A stretch of DNA of 64,000 nucleotides from the NCBI GenBank assembly GCA_964631955.1, contig CAZWBA010000003.1, positions 2,344 to 66,343 on the forward strand. Reading direction: 5' to 3'. Below, one piece after another: positions 10,068 to 19,447 of the stretch. Under the pieces are notes generated by a model, which made no database searches, was not told the origin of the DNA, and was given only the letters and a program-made list of their open reading frames with translations. The stretch is from an uncultured Verrucomicrobiaceae bacterium (lineage in GTDB: Bacteria > Pseudomonadota > Gammaproteobacteria > Pseudomonadales > CAMLJR01). Every line of letters begins with the position of its first letter. Position 1 is the first letter of the stretch. The translations under genes were made by a program, and so were the position numbers.

Positions 10068-10889
10068 TCAGCGGTTGTTTCCGGATGGCTTTTTCCGGGC
10101 AGTGGAAGATCGTTTGGCGGCGGCAACAGTTCCGGATGTTACGGATTCCTGCAATGCAGAATCGTTGATGCTGATGCCGTGAATCATGAAAGCGATGATC
10201 GCTGCATTGATGGCGTCATCGGCAGCCATGCCTTCGGCAAAAACCCAGTCCTTGAACAGCACGCAGCCGAGCAGACCCGCGAAGGAAACGCGCACCAGCA
10301 ATGCCGGATCGACCTGCGCATTCTTATCGATGCGGCTGCTCATGGTCGCGGCGCCGCGCTCGAAATAATGACCGAGCGAATCGATGGCGGCTGCACCCTG
10401 CGTCTTTCCGCCCGGTGTCTTTCCGCCCGGTGTCTTTGCACCCGGTCCTTTCACGCCCTGCAGGCTTCCCGACGTAAACAGCTGAGAGACCACCAGCGAC
10501 AGCAATAACTTGGAATGCTCATCGAGAAATTCCTGCAGCTCGGTGATGTAGACACGGACGCGCTCGTGAATATTTTCATCGTCCGGCAGCGACGCATAGC
10601 GCGTGTTGAATTCGGAAAAATGTTTATTGAGCGGCTCGAACACCGCCTCGCGAAAGAGATCGGCCTTCGAATCGAAATAGCGAAACAATTGCGCTTCCGT
10701 CACTTCCGCATTGCGCGCAATCACCGCCGTGGTGGCGCCGACGAATCCGCAGCGCTTGAACTCCTCGCGCGCCGCCGTGATCAGGCGCTCCATGATTTCT
10801 TCGGACGACCGCCGTCTGCGGGTGACGTCTGCTGTCGCCGCTCCTTTTGCTTTCATTGCGGTTTTTTTATTTTTCGGCTGTGTGGCCAT
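10068..10889 (-). CDS. TetR/AcrR family transcriptional regulator
   Basis: HTH region EEIMERLITAAREEFKRCGFVGATTAVIARNAEVTEAQLFRYFDSKADLF. ATG at 10889; the track ORF extends to 10979. First gene of the minus-strand cluster. Confidence 0.85.
   Translation of the reverse strand: MATQPKNKKTAMKAKGAATADVTRRRRSSEEIMERLITAAREEFKRCGFVGATTAVIARNAEVTEAQLFRYFDSKADLFREAVFEPLNKHFSEFNTRYASLPDDENIHERVRVYITELQEFLDEHSKLLLSLVVSQLFTSGSLQGVKGPGAKTPGGKTPGGKTQGAAAIDSLGHYFERGAATMSSRIDKNAQVDPALLVRVSFAGLLGCVLFKDWVFAEGMAADDAINAAIIAFMIHGISINDSALQESVTSGTVAAAKRSSTARKKPSGNNR
10402..10446. repeat. In-frame 15-bp x3 tandem repeat inside the TetR gene
   Basis: GTCTTTCCGCCCGGT / GTCTTTCCGCCCGGT / GTCTTTGCACCCGGT, read directly. 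Encodes the GKTPG-type reiteration in ...GPGAKTPGGKTPGGKTQGAA.... Confidence 0.9.
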
Positions 10890-10948
10890 TTCATTGAATC
10901 CCGTGATGCAGCTTCGCCGGGCAGCCCGGACGCGCTTGCCAAAGCAAT

Positions 10949-10966
10949 TGATAGCGAATACTATCA
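10949..10966. promoter_or_regulatory. Putative TetR operator palindrome
   Basis: Perfect inverted repeat TGATAG-CGAATA-CTATCA in the 140-bp divergent region between the TetR gene (start 10889) and the VOC gene (start 11030). Confidence 0.4.
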
Positions 10967-11029
10967 TTTCAACTTTCACAGCGAAAGCCGCGTCAGTTCA
11001 TCCTGATTTTTTCGGAAAGGGGATCGATC

Positions 11030-11530
11030 GTGAAAAGACCCATCAGCACCTTCAACCCTGCCGACGGTCTGCTGCGCGCGGAGCACTTTCAGGTCGCCTA
11101 CGCCACCAACGACATCGAGCGCGCCAGACACGTTTTCAGCGAACGCTTCGGCATCCGCGCCTTCCGTCAATTAAAAGGCCCGATGCCGGGCGGCGGCCAA
11201 ATCCATATCGAACTGGCATGGCACGGCAGCACGATGTACGAACTGGTGACCGCAAGTGGAGCAGGCTCAGATACATTCATGCGCTACATAGCGGGCGATG
11301 CGTTCACGATTCGCCACCATCATCTCGGATTTCTGATTCACGACGATGACGAGTGGAACGGCATGCTCGCCAGTATCGGCAAAAATGGCTGGCAAATACT
11401 TTCGCAAAGCACCAACGCCGGCTTCATGAAAACCTGCATGGTGGAAATTCCCGAACTTGGCCATTGTTTCGAATATTTACAGCCGGAGCCGGCCGGACTC
11501 GCATTTCTCGACAGCGTTCCGGTCAACTGA
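11030..11530 (+). CDS. VOC (glyoxalase/dioxygenase-fold) family protein
   Basis: 166-aa ORF from GTG. Two beta-alpha-beta-beta-beta-like halves (HFQVAYATNDIERARHVF..., HHLGFLIHDDDEW...). First gene of the plus-strand operon. Confidence 0.55.
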   Translation: MKRPISTFNPADGLLRAEHFQVAYATNDIERARHVFSERFGIRAFRQLKGPMPGGGQIHIELAWHGSTMYELVTASGAGSDTFMRYIAGDAFTIRHHHLGFLIHDDDEWNGMLASIGKNGWQILSQSTNAGFMKTCMVEIPELGHCFEYLQPEPAGLAFLDSVPVN

Positions 11531-11582
11531 CTGTTTTAAAAAATCAAATTTCGAAACCCGTTTTTGCATCGAAGGTAATCGC

Positions 11583-12776
11583 ATGAACAAACGCACCGGT
11601 ACTTTTCCTGTCGGCAATACGCTGCTCGAATATCTCGGCGATCTCGAAGGCGCCGTGAATGAATTGAAAAACACCTGGCACCCCGATGATCCCCACTACC
11701 GTGCCGATGTGTACCGCCAGGCGATGATGAGTCTTTCGTACTCGTATTTTGCGTATTTTCACTCAACACCCGAGCATCCCGACTGGGCGCCGCTGTGGAA
11801 TCCCGTATTCACACTGCAGCCCAATCCCGACGATATTTATTTATACAGCCCGCTGCGCGGCGACCTAACGTATAAAGTCAGCGGCAATCGCGGCACCGTG
11901 AAAATTCTGAGCTTCACCACGCAGCGCTTCATGTCGGGCATGGTTGACGATATTTCACAGATCGGCGGTCATAACGAAATCGACGATTCAGATATCACGT
12001 TCGATGCCAACGGTGATTTCGAAGTGATTTTCAGTGTCGAACGCCCGCCGAATCACTCCGGCAACTGGGCGCCGATTCATCCCGAAGCCACCGGCATGAT
12101 GGTACGTTTTCGCAGTTACGACTGGGAAAATGAAATCGATCCGCGCATCTCCATCGAATGCCTCGATAACGTTCCGCCGAAACCGCGCCTGTCGCCAGAA
12201 GAAATTCTCGAACGCATTCAGGAGATGGCGAAATTCCCCGCGCGTAAAACCCGCAGCTATTACCGCATGCAAAACGGCGTCAAGGAGCGTGTCGGTTTCA
12301 ATGTGTTCGAACCGATTCGCATGAAAGGCGCGCTCGCCAAACAGGTGTACTGGCCCGCATGCTTTCAGCTCGACGAGGGCGAAGCGCTAATCATCGAAAC
12401 CGAATTGCCGGAGCAACGTCCGTACTGGAATATTCAGCTCAACGATCCCTTATTCAACGCACTCGAATATGTTTACCGCTTATCGAGCCTGAATGGACAC
12501 ACCGCAAAAATCAGTTCCGATGGAAAATTCCGCGCGGTGATTTCGCTGGTCGATCCGGGCGTGCCAAACTGGCTCGACCCCGCCGGCTACAGGGAAGGTG
12601 GCATTTACGGGCGCTGGTTCGATTGCGATACCAATCCGACGCCGATCATCAGACGCGTACCGCTCGCTGAGTTGCGCAAACATTTACCCGCCGATACGCC
12701 GGTGATTACGCCCGAACAACGCGACGAGGAATTGCGTCGACGCGTGCGCGCGTGTCAGCGCCGCCGGAGGTGGTAG
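11583..12776 (+). CDS. Conserved hypothetical protein, possibly DUF1214-type; paralogue of 59975-61246
   Basis: ATG at 11583; the track ORF opens at 11457. Shares YKVSGNRGTVKILSFTTQ, EALIIE and NWLDP segments with the ORF at 59975-61246. Family name is from memory only. Confidence 0.6.
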   Translation: MNKRTGTFPVGNTLLEYLGDLEGAVNELKNTWHPDDPHYRADVYRQAMMSLSYSYFAYFHSTPEHPDWAPLWNPVFTLQPNPDDIYLYSPLRGDLTYKVSGNRGTVKILSFTTQRFMSGMVDDISQIGGHNEIDDSDITFDANGDFEVIFSVERPPNHSGNWAPIHPEATGMMVRFRSYDWENEIDPRISIECLDNVPPKPRLSPEEILERIQEMAKFPARKTRSYYRMQNGVKERVGFNVFEPIRMKGALAKQVYWPACFQLDEGEALIIETELPEQRPYWNIQLNDPLFNALEYVYRLSSLNGHTAKISSDGKFRAVISLVDPGVPNWLDPAGYREGGIYGRWFDCDTNPTPIIRRVPLAELRKHLPADTPVITPEQRDEELRRRVRACQRRRRW

Positions 12777-12778
12777 CG

Positions 12779-13579
12779 ATGAATCTCGAATTATTTAATT
12801 TCAGCGGACGCGTGGCGATTATCACCGGCGGCGGCACCGGCATCGGCGCCGTCACTGCCACGCAACTCGCACAACGCGGTGCCGATCTGGTTTTGGCGGG
12901 ACGCAAACCCGAACCGCTGGAAAATACCGCGCAAAAAATTCGCGCAGAAACGGGGCGACGCTGCATTACCGCGCCGACCGATGTAACGAATCCCGAGCAG
13001 GTGGCGAAATTAATCGAAGCGACCATCGCTGAATATGGCCGCATCGATATTCTCATCAATAACGCCGGTAAAGGCAGCCATCGTCCGCTGCGCACGATGT
13101 CGCCAGAGCTATGGCAAAAGGATGTGAATCTGAATCTAAACGCGGCGTTTTACGTTTCGCAGGCGGCCTTCCCGCATTTGAAGGAAAGCGCGCGGCAACG
13201 AAACGGACAAAGTGCGATTGTGAATATTTCGTCGCTCGCAGGAGTTAACGGCACGCTCGGAGTCGGCGCCTACTCGGCGGCGAAATCTGGATTACAAATG
13301 TTTACGCGCGTGGCCGCTGCCGAATGGGGACCGCACGGCGTGCGCGTCAATGCGGTTGCGTGCGGAATGATAGCCACCGATCTCGCGCAGGCGGGCTGGG
13401 CGAAAACCGGCTTCGATGCTGCAGGCGCAGCGCAGGTATTTCCGCTGCGGCGCCCGGGCAAACCCGAGGAAATTGCGCAGACGGTGATCTTTCTCGCCAG
13501 CGATGCCGCAGCGTACATCACCGGCGAAACCATTACCGTCGCCGGTGGCCCGCAACTCAAAGGCATGATCGATGTATGA
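12779..13579 (+). CDS. Short-chain dehydrogenase/reductase (SDR)
   Basis: TGGGTGIG cofactor motif and YSAAK catalytic motif. ATG lies 2 nt after the upstream stop. Confidence 0.9.
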   Translation: MNLELFNFSGRVAIITGGGTGIGAVTATQLAQRGADLVLAGRKPEPLENTAQKIRAETGRRCITAPTDVTNPEQVAKLIEATIAEYGRIDILINNAGKGSHRPLRTMSPELWQKDVNLNLNAAFYVSQAAFPHLKESARQRNGQSAIVNISSLAGVNGTLGVGAYSAAKSGLQMFTRVAAAEWGPHGVRVNAVACGMIATDLAQAGWAKTGFDAAGAAQVFPLRRPGKPEEIAQTVIFLASDAAAYITGETITVAGGPQLKGMIDV

Positions 13580-13600
13580 TTGACGCAGAGAACGTATTTT

Positions 13601-14833
13601 ATGGACCTGAGCTACGATCCGCCCAAGCAATTTTCTAACGCTTCAGATCAGCTGCACGAATTGGTTGCGAGAGAAGTCGGCGGCGCCTGCCTGCATAACA
13701 ACGGGTTCGGCGACAGCGACTATCTGCCCGGCCTGAAAGTGCTGCTGCAATCGATGGATTACGATCCGCATTTTACCGAGCGCGGCCGCCGCTATGCGTG
13801 GGGCGTTGTTGTCAACGTCCTGAAAGGCCGTGCGCATGCGATTAAATCGATGCGCGAAAACCCCGGCTTCGATCGTCATCCAATAAAAAATCCTGTCGTC
13901 ATTACCGGTATTCCGCGCACCGGAACCACCGCACTGCACAAGCTGATGGCAGTCGACCCTCAGTTTCAGGGTTTGCAAACGTGGCTGCTCGATTCGCCGA
14001 TGCCGCGCCCGCCGCAACATACCTGGACAAACTATCCCGCCTTTCACAAAACCGCAGCGATTCTCGAAGCGCGCTTTAAAGCGGCGCCGGTCAAACGCGC
14101 AGCACACAATATGGTCGCCGAAGAAGTCGACGAATGTTGCCTGGTACTGCGCCAGGGTTTCGTTTCGAATTTGTGGACGGTCGGCTGGTCCGCCGCCACT
14201 TACGATGCGTGGTGGCAATGTCAGAGCGAAGCCGATGCGTATCGCCATTATTATCGCTGCATGCAATTGATCGGCAGCAACGATCTCGACAAACGCTGGC
14301 TGCTTAAAAACCCGGGGCATGTCGACAATCTCGATCTGGTATTCGCGACGTTTCCCGATGCGAAGGTGATTCACACGCATCGCGATCCTGCGAAAGCCGT
14401 GCCTTCGTTGTGTTCATTACTGATGCCACTGCACCCCATCGTCGAAGAAGGCCGCTACGAACAACGCGCGCATAATATGCTCGCGCGCGAAGTCGCAAAA
14501 TGGTCGAACGCCGTGCGCAAAGCTGAAAGTGTCAAACGCGCACATCCCGGTCAATCGCTGGATATCATTCAAAGCGATTTTCACCGCGACCCGATGGCCG
14601 TGATCGAAACTATTTATCGATTTATCGGCGCGGAATTATCCGCCGATGTCAGCGCAGCCATGCAGCAGCGCATCGCTGCCGACCCCGAACGCCAGCACGG
14701 CGCACACCGCTATGACGTTGCCGATTTCGGTATGAGCGAAGATGAAATTCGCGAACGCTTCAGCGATTACATCGAACATTTCGATCTCGCACCGAAGTCT
14801 TCTGCAAATGTAAAAACGGGAGCGAAAAAATAA
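13601..14833 (+). CDS. Sulfotransferase family protein
   Basis: 5'-PSB-like loop GIPRTGTTALHKLM and a later HTHRDPAKAVPS motif. A TTG alternative at 13580 abuts the SDR stop. Confidence 0.75.
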   Translation: MDLSYDPPKQFSNASDQLHELVAREVGGACLHNNGFGDSDYLPGLKVLLQSMDYDPHFTERGRRYAWGVVVNVLKGRAHAIKSMRENPGFDRHPIKNPVVITGIPRTGTTALHKLMAVDPQFQGLQTWLLDSPMPRPPQHTWTNYPAFHKTAAILEARFKAAPVKRAAHNMVAEEVDECCLVLRQGFVSNLWTVGWSAATYDAWWQCQSEADAYRHYYRCMQLIGSNDLDKRWLLKNPGHVDNLDLVFATFPDAKVIHTHRDPAKAVPSLCSLLMPLHPIVEEGRYEQRAHNMLAREVAKWSNAVRKAESVKRAHPGQSLDIIQSDFHRDPMAVIETIYRFIGAELSADVSAAMQQRIAADPERQHGAHRYDVADFGMSEDEIRERFSDYIEHFDLAPKSSANVKTGAKK

Positions 14834-15858
14834 TGAAAGCCGCCATCTATCGCGGAGCCGGACAACCGCTTGCCATCGAAACCCTGCCCGATCCCACTCC
14901 CGGCCCCGACGATGTGGTGATCAAAGTGCATCGCTGCGGCATCTGCGGCACTGATTTGCACATGACCGAAGGCCATTCGTGGCAATTTCCACTCGGCACC
15001 GTGCCCGGTCACGAATATTCGGGCGAAATTATCGAAATCGGTTCGAACGTTTCCGGATTCAAAAAAGGCGATTTGATTACCGCATTGCCCTCAACCGGTT
15101 GCGGTCATTGCGAAGCGTGTTATCGCGGCAATCTCGCGTTGTGCCACAACGCCCCTGGACTGATGGGTGGTTACGCAGAAATGTTGCGCATTCCGATCAG
15201 CAACGCAATTAAATTGCCGGGCATATTGTCCGCCGCCGATGGTGCGCTGATCGAACCGCTCGCCGTGGCACTGTATGCAATGCGTTTGTCTCAGATAAAA
15301 CCGGGCGACCGCGTTTTGATTCTGGGCGCAGGCTCGGTCGCACTGTGCACGATTTACTGGGCAAAGCGTTTGGGCGCAGGGCGCATCGTCGCGATGTCTC
15401 GCTCGGTACGCCGCAAAGCTCTCGTGTTAGGTATGGGCGCGAATGCGTTCGTACAGTTCTCAGAAAACAAGAGCGGAGAGAACGAAAGCAAAGAAGTTAT
15501 CGAGGCGCTCGGCGGACAACCCGATATCGTGTTCGAATGCATCGGCAGTCCCGGATTTTTAACCAGAGCCATTCAGCACGTGCGCGATTTCGGTCTGGTA
15601 AGCTCGATGGGATTTTGCACCGTGCCCGATCAAATCCTTCCAGCCATCGCGGGCTGGAAAGGCGTGACACTGCAATTTCCGGTCGGTTACTCGCTCAAGG
15701 ATTTTCAGTATGTCGCCGATGTCATGAATGCAGGGCATGTCGATCCGAAAATATTGATCAGCTCGGTCATTTCACTTGACCAATTACCGCAAGTCTTCGA
15801 TCAGCTGCGCGGCCCGAATAACGAGACCAAAATACAGGTTGCCCCAGTGGCGTTATGA
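14833..15858 (+). CDS. Zinc-dependent alcohol dehydrogenase (MDR family)
   Basis: CGICGTDLH, GHEYSGEI, and the structural zinc cysteines CGHCEACYRGNLALC. The start overlaps the upstream stop (TAATG). Confidence 0.9.
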   Translation: MKAAIYRGAGQPLAIETLPDPTPGPDDVVIKVHRCGICGTDLHMTEGHSWQFPLGTVPGHEYSGEIIEIGSNVSGFKKGDLITALPSTGCGHCEACYRGNLALCHNAPGLMGGYAEMLRIPISNAIKLPGILSAADGALIEPLAVALYAMRLSQIKPGDRVLILGAGSVALCTIYWAKRLGAGRIVAMSRSVRRKALVLGMGANAFVQFSENKSGENESKEVIEALGGQPDIVFECIGSPGFLTRAIQHVRDFGLVSSMGFCTVPDQILPAIAGWKGVTLQFPVGYSLKDFQYVADVMNAGHVDPKILISSVISLDQLPQVFDQLRGPNNETKIQVAPVAL

Positions 15859-15866
15859 TGCGCAAA

Positions 15867-15893
15867 GGGCGGACACACAGATCCGCTCCTACG
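15867..15893 (-). repeat. REP-like palindromic element (copy A)
   Basis: The minus strand reads CGTAGGAGCGGATCTGTGTGTCCGCCC: a GTAG head plus a GGCGGAC/GTCCGCC-type hairpin. Intergenic between the ADH and AKR genes. Confidence 0.6.
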
Positions 15894-15912
15894 CATTTCA
15901 GGAGTAGAGAGT

Positions 15913-16872
15913 ATGGAACAGCGTAACGTTGGCAAATCGGGCCTGCGCGTATCGAACGTGGGACTCGGCTGCAATAATTTCGGCTGGCTTATCGACGCCG
16001 ATATTTCGGAAAAAATTATTCACAAGGCACTCGATCTCGGCGTCACGCTATTCGATACGGCGCCCGTTTACGGTGTGAATGGCGGCGAATCCGAACAGAT
16101 TCTCGGCAAGGCGCTCGGTGCACGGCGTCGCGATGTAACGGTGCTGACAAAATTCGGCATGACGCTCGATCGCACGGGCCGCACCAATACCTCGCGCGCA
16201 GCGTTATTGAAGGAAATCGAAGCGAGTCTTGCGCGACTCAATACCGACTACATCGATATTTACATGCTGCACTGGCCCGACTGGAAAACGCCGCTGGACG
16301 AAACCCTGCGCGCGCTCGATGACATCATCACTTCAGGTAAAGCGCGTTATATCGGCTGCTCGAATATTCCCGCGTGGCGACTCGTCGAAGCACAATGGAT
16401 TTCGAAAGCTGATCGCCTGCATAAATTCATTGTGAGCCAGAACGAGTATTCGCTGGCGCAACGCGATGCAGAGAACAGTTTATTTCCGGCCCTACAGGAA
16501 TACGGCGTCGGCTTCATGGGTTATTCACCTCTCGCCAATGGTTTATTAACGGGTAAATTCAAGGCCGGCGTCGATGCACCGAAAGATACGCGTCTCGGAA
16601 AAAATATGTGGGGCATTGGCAAGCGTTATCTCGCCGATAACATGTTGAAACTGGCCGACGATCTCAATCGCTTTGCCAGCGAACGCGACCACACGCTCAT
16701 CGAGCTGGCGATTGCGTGGCAATTATCGAATCCGCTGGTTTGCAGCGTGATCGGCGGCGCATCGAAACCCGAACAGCTGGAAATCAATGTCGCCGCCGGT
16801 AATTGCGGCTGGCGTTTGACTACAGAAGAGCAGGCGGAAGTCGATAAGATTTGTCGCGACAATCGAAAATAG
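15913..16872 (+). CDS. Aldo/keto reductase
   Basis: N-terminal RNVGKSGLRVSNVGLGCNNFG, LFDTAPVYG, YIDIYMLHWPD. Confidence 0.9.
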   Translation: MEQRNVGKSGLRVSNVGLGCNNFGWLIDADISEKIIHKALDLGVTLFDTAPVYGVNGGESEQILGKALGARRRDVTVLTKFGMTLDRTGRTNTSRAALLKEIEASLARLNTDYIDIYMLHWPDWKTPLDETLRALDDIITSGKARYIGCSNIPAWRLVEAQWISKADRLHKFIVSQNEYSLAQRDAENSLFPALQEYGVGFMGYSPLANGLLTGKFKAGVDAPKDTRLGKNMWGIGKRYLADNMLKLADDLNRFASERDHTLIELAIAWQLSNPLVCSVIGGASKPEQLEINVAAGNCGWRLTTEEQAEVDKICRDNRK

Positions 16873-16906
16873 AAATCCGATATTAAATGCCAGGAGGGAA
16901 TACACG

Positions 16907-17992
16907 ATGACCACGCGCTCGAACCCACCAGCACTTGTTGTCGGCACCGGCTTTGGCGCGCGTATTCATGCGCCTGCTTTACGCGCTGCCGGTTTTAATG
17001 TTGTCGGCTTGGTTGGTACCAATGCAGAGCGCACAGCGAAGCGCGCCGAAGCGAACGGTGTGCCGCAATCGTTTATCGATCTCGATACAGCGATTCGCAA
17101 AACCGGCGCGGTCGCCGTCACGATTGCATCGCCGCCGCAAACACATGCCGCACTCACACTCACCGCAATTGCGCACGGCTGTCATGTGATTTGCGAAAAG
17201 CCGATGGCTAACAATATCGATGAGGCGCGCGCGATGCTACAGGCCGCCGAACGCGCGGGCATCACCCATTTAATGGGCAATCAGTTTCGCTGGCAGCCCG
17301 AGCGCGCCATTGTTGCGCGCGCAATCAAACAGGGCTTGATCGGCGAACCGCGCTTTATCACGCTGGCAGGTTACCTGCCGCTGGTCGCAGCGCCCGAAGC
17401 AACGATGCCCGACTGGTGGTTCGACGAAGGCGCGGGAGGCGGCTGGCTCGGCGCGCACGGCTCGCATCTCATCGATCAGGTACGCAGCTGGCTCGGCGAA
17501 TTCGCCAGCCTGAGCGCAGCATTGCCGATGGTTTCGGCGCGCACAGGCGTTGCTGAAGACAGTTATCTGATTCGCTTTCGGCTCGCCAGTGGTGTTGAAG
17601 GCGTGCTGCAAAATACCGCAGGTGCATGGGGACCGGTAACCGATTTCGTGCGCGTCGCCGGAACGCTGGGAACGATCTGGAGCGAAAAAGGCATTGTGTA
17701 TATCGCCGATCGCGACGGTACGCGCGAATTGCCAATTCCCGCCGATTTACTATTGCCGCCCGCGACAGGCGATAAAAATGATCCGCGCGCAGCGGTGCGA
17801 GAACCCGGACCGTATATTCGTTTATGCGAAGTATTGCGCGCCGGTGTCGATGGCCGCGCCTATATCGATGGTCGCGACGCTATTAGCGCAGTACCGCCGC
17901 CGACATTCCACGATGGTCTCGCGTGCATGCAGGTCATGGATGCAATCCGCGACTCCGCTGCCAATGATGGTGCGATTAAAAATCTTGCCTGA
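16907..17992 (+). CDS. Gfo/Idh/MocA family oxidoreductase
   Basis: N-terminal Rossmann segment VVGTGFGARIHAPALRAAGFNVVGLVG and the CEKPMA motif. Confidence 0.85.
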   Translation: MTTRSNPPALVVGTGFGARIHAPALRAAGFNVVGLVGTNAERTAKRAEANGVPQSFIDLDTAIRKTGAVAVTIASPPQTHAALTLTAIAHGCHVICEKPMANNIDEARAMLQAAERAGITHLMGNQFRWQPERAIVARAIKQGLIGEPRFITLAGYLPLVAAPEATMPDWWFDEGAGGGWLGAHGSHLIDQVRSWLGEFASLSAALPMVSARTGVAEDSYLIRFRLASGVEGVLQNTAGAWGPVTDFVRVAGTLGTIWSEKGIVYIADRDGTRELPIPADLLLPPATGDKNDPRAAVREPGPYIRLCEVLRAGVDGRAYIDGRDAISAVPPPTFHDGLACMQVMDAIRDSAANDGAIKNLA

Positions 17993-18003
17993 AATAATTT
18001 GAT

Positions 18004-18030
18004 AAAAAAGCGGAGCCAGGCTCCGCTTTC
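18004..18030. terminator. Hairpin terminator between convergent genes
   Basis: AAAAAAGCGGAGCCAGGCTCCGCTTTCC. The GC stem is flanked by an A-run and a T-run, so it is strongest for the minus-strand amidohydrolase gene. Confidence 0.6.
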
Positions 18031-18058
18031 CACTTTGCGCAAGTTAAATCGCCGGTAT

Positions 18059-19381
18059 TTATGCCGACTCGGCGATGACATCCGCGTGCTTCTGGAACAT
18101 CGCCATCAAATCGCCCGAGGTAATCGGACGCTCGGTGCCCGTTTCCACCGGACGCGCACCGCCGCTTGAAATCGGCGTGGTATCGACGCCCTTCGCTTTT
18201 GCTTTAGCGCGCAATGCATCAACAGTTAACTCTTCGCGCTTGTGATGTTTGAACGGATCGAATTTGAAAAAGCGCATTGCGTTGGCATGCGTGACCTTAT
18301 CGATCTGTGTGTCGGTCAAATGCTTGACCTGCTCCCACAAATATTCGGGCACTTCCGGCCACAGCGTATCCGAGTGCGGGTAATCCGATTCGAATGCCGC
18401 GATATCCTCGCCGATATCTTCGAGATGTTTTAAGCCGAAAGCATCGTCGATGAAGCAGCAGAGGAAATGTTTGTTGAACAATTCGCTCGGTTTGGTTTTC
18501 TGGAAAATCGAATGCGTCCACGCCTTATGTCGCCAGTTAGAAAAGTCGGCGCGTTCGCGGAAATACGGAATCCAGCCAATGCTGCTTTCCGACAGCGCGA
18601 TGCGCAGGTTCGGATAGTCGTGCAACGCCTTCAATTGCAGCCAGTCCGCCGCACCGACCGCAATCGATAACGGCATCGTGGTGATCCACGCTTCAATCGG
18701 CGTTTCCAGCGATGCGTGCGGCTGCGGATTGCCGCTGCCGATGTGCAGCGCAATCGTCATATCGTGTTCGCTGATCGCTTTGTAGAAGGGATCCCAATAT
18801 TCATTGTGAATACTCGGCAAACCCTGCTTGGTCGGATTTTCGCTCACGCTGACGACATGACAGCCCTTCGCATGCAGACGCTTGATCTCCTCGATCATCG
18901 CCTTCATATCCCACGTCGGCAGAATGCCCATCGGAACAAAACGACCGGGGTAGGCGCCGCACCATTCGTCGATGTGCCAATCATTCCACGCACGCAAATG
19001 CGTGAGCGCCAAATCTTTATCGGCGGCTTGATGGAAAGTGCGGTTATCGAAACCGATCGAATTACCGAAATTCATTTGCGCGGCGATGCCGTTCACATCC
19101 ATGTCGTCGATGCGCGCGTGCACGTTGTAACAACCGGCACGCAATTGTTCGATCGAATTCGGTTCCATGCCATATTCTTCGAGCGGACGACCCACCACGG
19201 CATTAAGGCCGATGCCGGGCTGCTGCTTGCCCTGATACGACCAATAATTCTTGCCATTTTTATCGGTCAACAATTTCGGCGCAGATTTCAGCGCATCGCC
19301 TTTTAAATGCTTGTCGAATAAATCCGGCGGCTCACAGATATGATCGTCGGTGCTGATGATAACCATGTCGTTCATGTTCAT
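18059..19381 (-). CDS. Amidohydrolase-2 (ACMSD/decarboxylase-like) family protein, copy A
   Basis: ATG at 19381 is preceded by GGAGA. MNMNDMVIISTDDHICEPP..., a metal-dependent hydrolase pattern. Differs from copy B by about 24 substitutions, counted by eye. Confidence 0.75.
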   Translation of the reverse strand: MNMNDMVIISTDDHICEPPDLFDKHLKGDALKSAPKLLTDKNGKNYWSYQGKQQPGIGLNAVVGRPLEEYGMEPNSIEQLRAGCYNVHARIDDMDVNGIAAQMNFGNSIGFDNRTFHQAADKDLALTHLRAWNDWHIDEWCGAYPGRFVPMGILPTWDMKAMIEEIKRLHAKGCHVVSVSENPTKQGLPSIHNEYWDPFYKAISEHDMTIALHIGSGNPQPHASLETPIEAWITTMPLSIAVGAADWLQLKALHDYPNLRIALSESSIGWIPYFRERADFSNWRHKAWTHSIFQKTKPSELFNKHFLCCFIDDAFGLKHLEDIGEDIAAFESDYPHSDTLWPEVPEYLWEQVKHLTDTQIDKVTHANAMRFFKFDPFKHHKREELTVDALRAKAKAKGVDTTPISSGGARPVETGTERPITSGDLMAMFQKHADVIAESA

Positions 19382-19447
19382 AGCGCTAATCTCCACAACA
19401 ATATTTTCTGAATAAATCCAACACGATGCTCAATCTACTCCCGAGCA

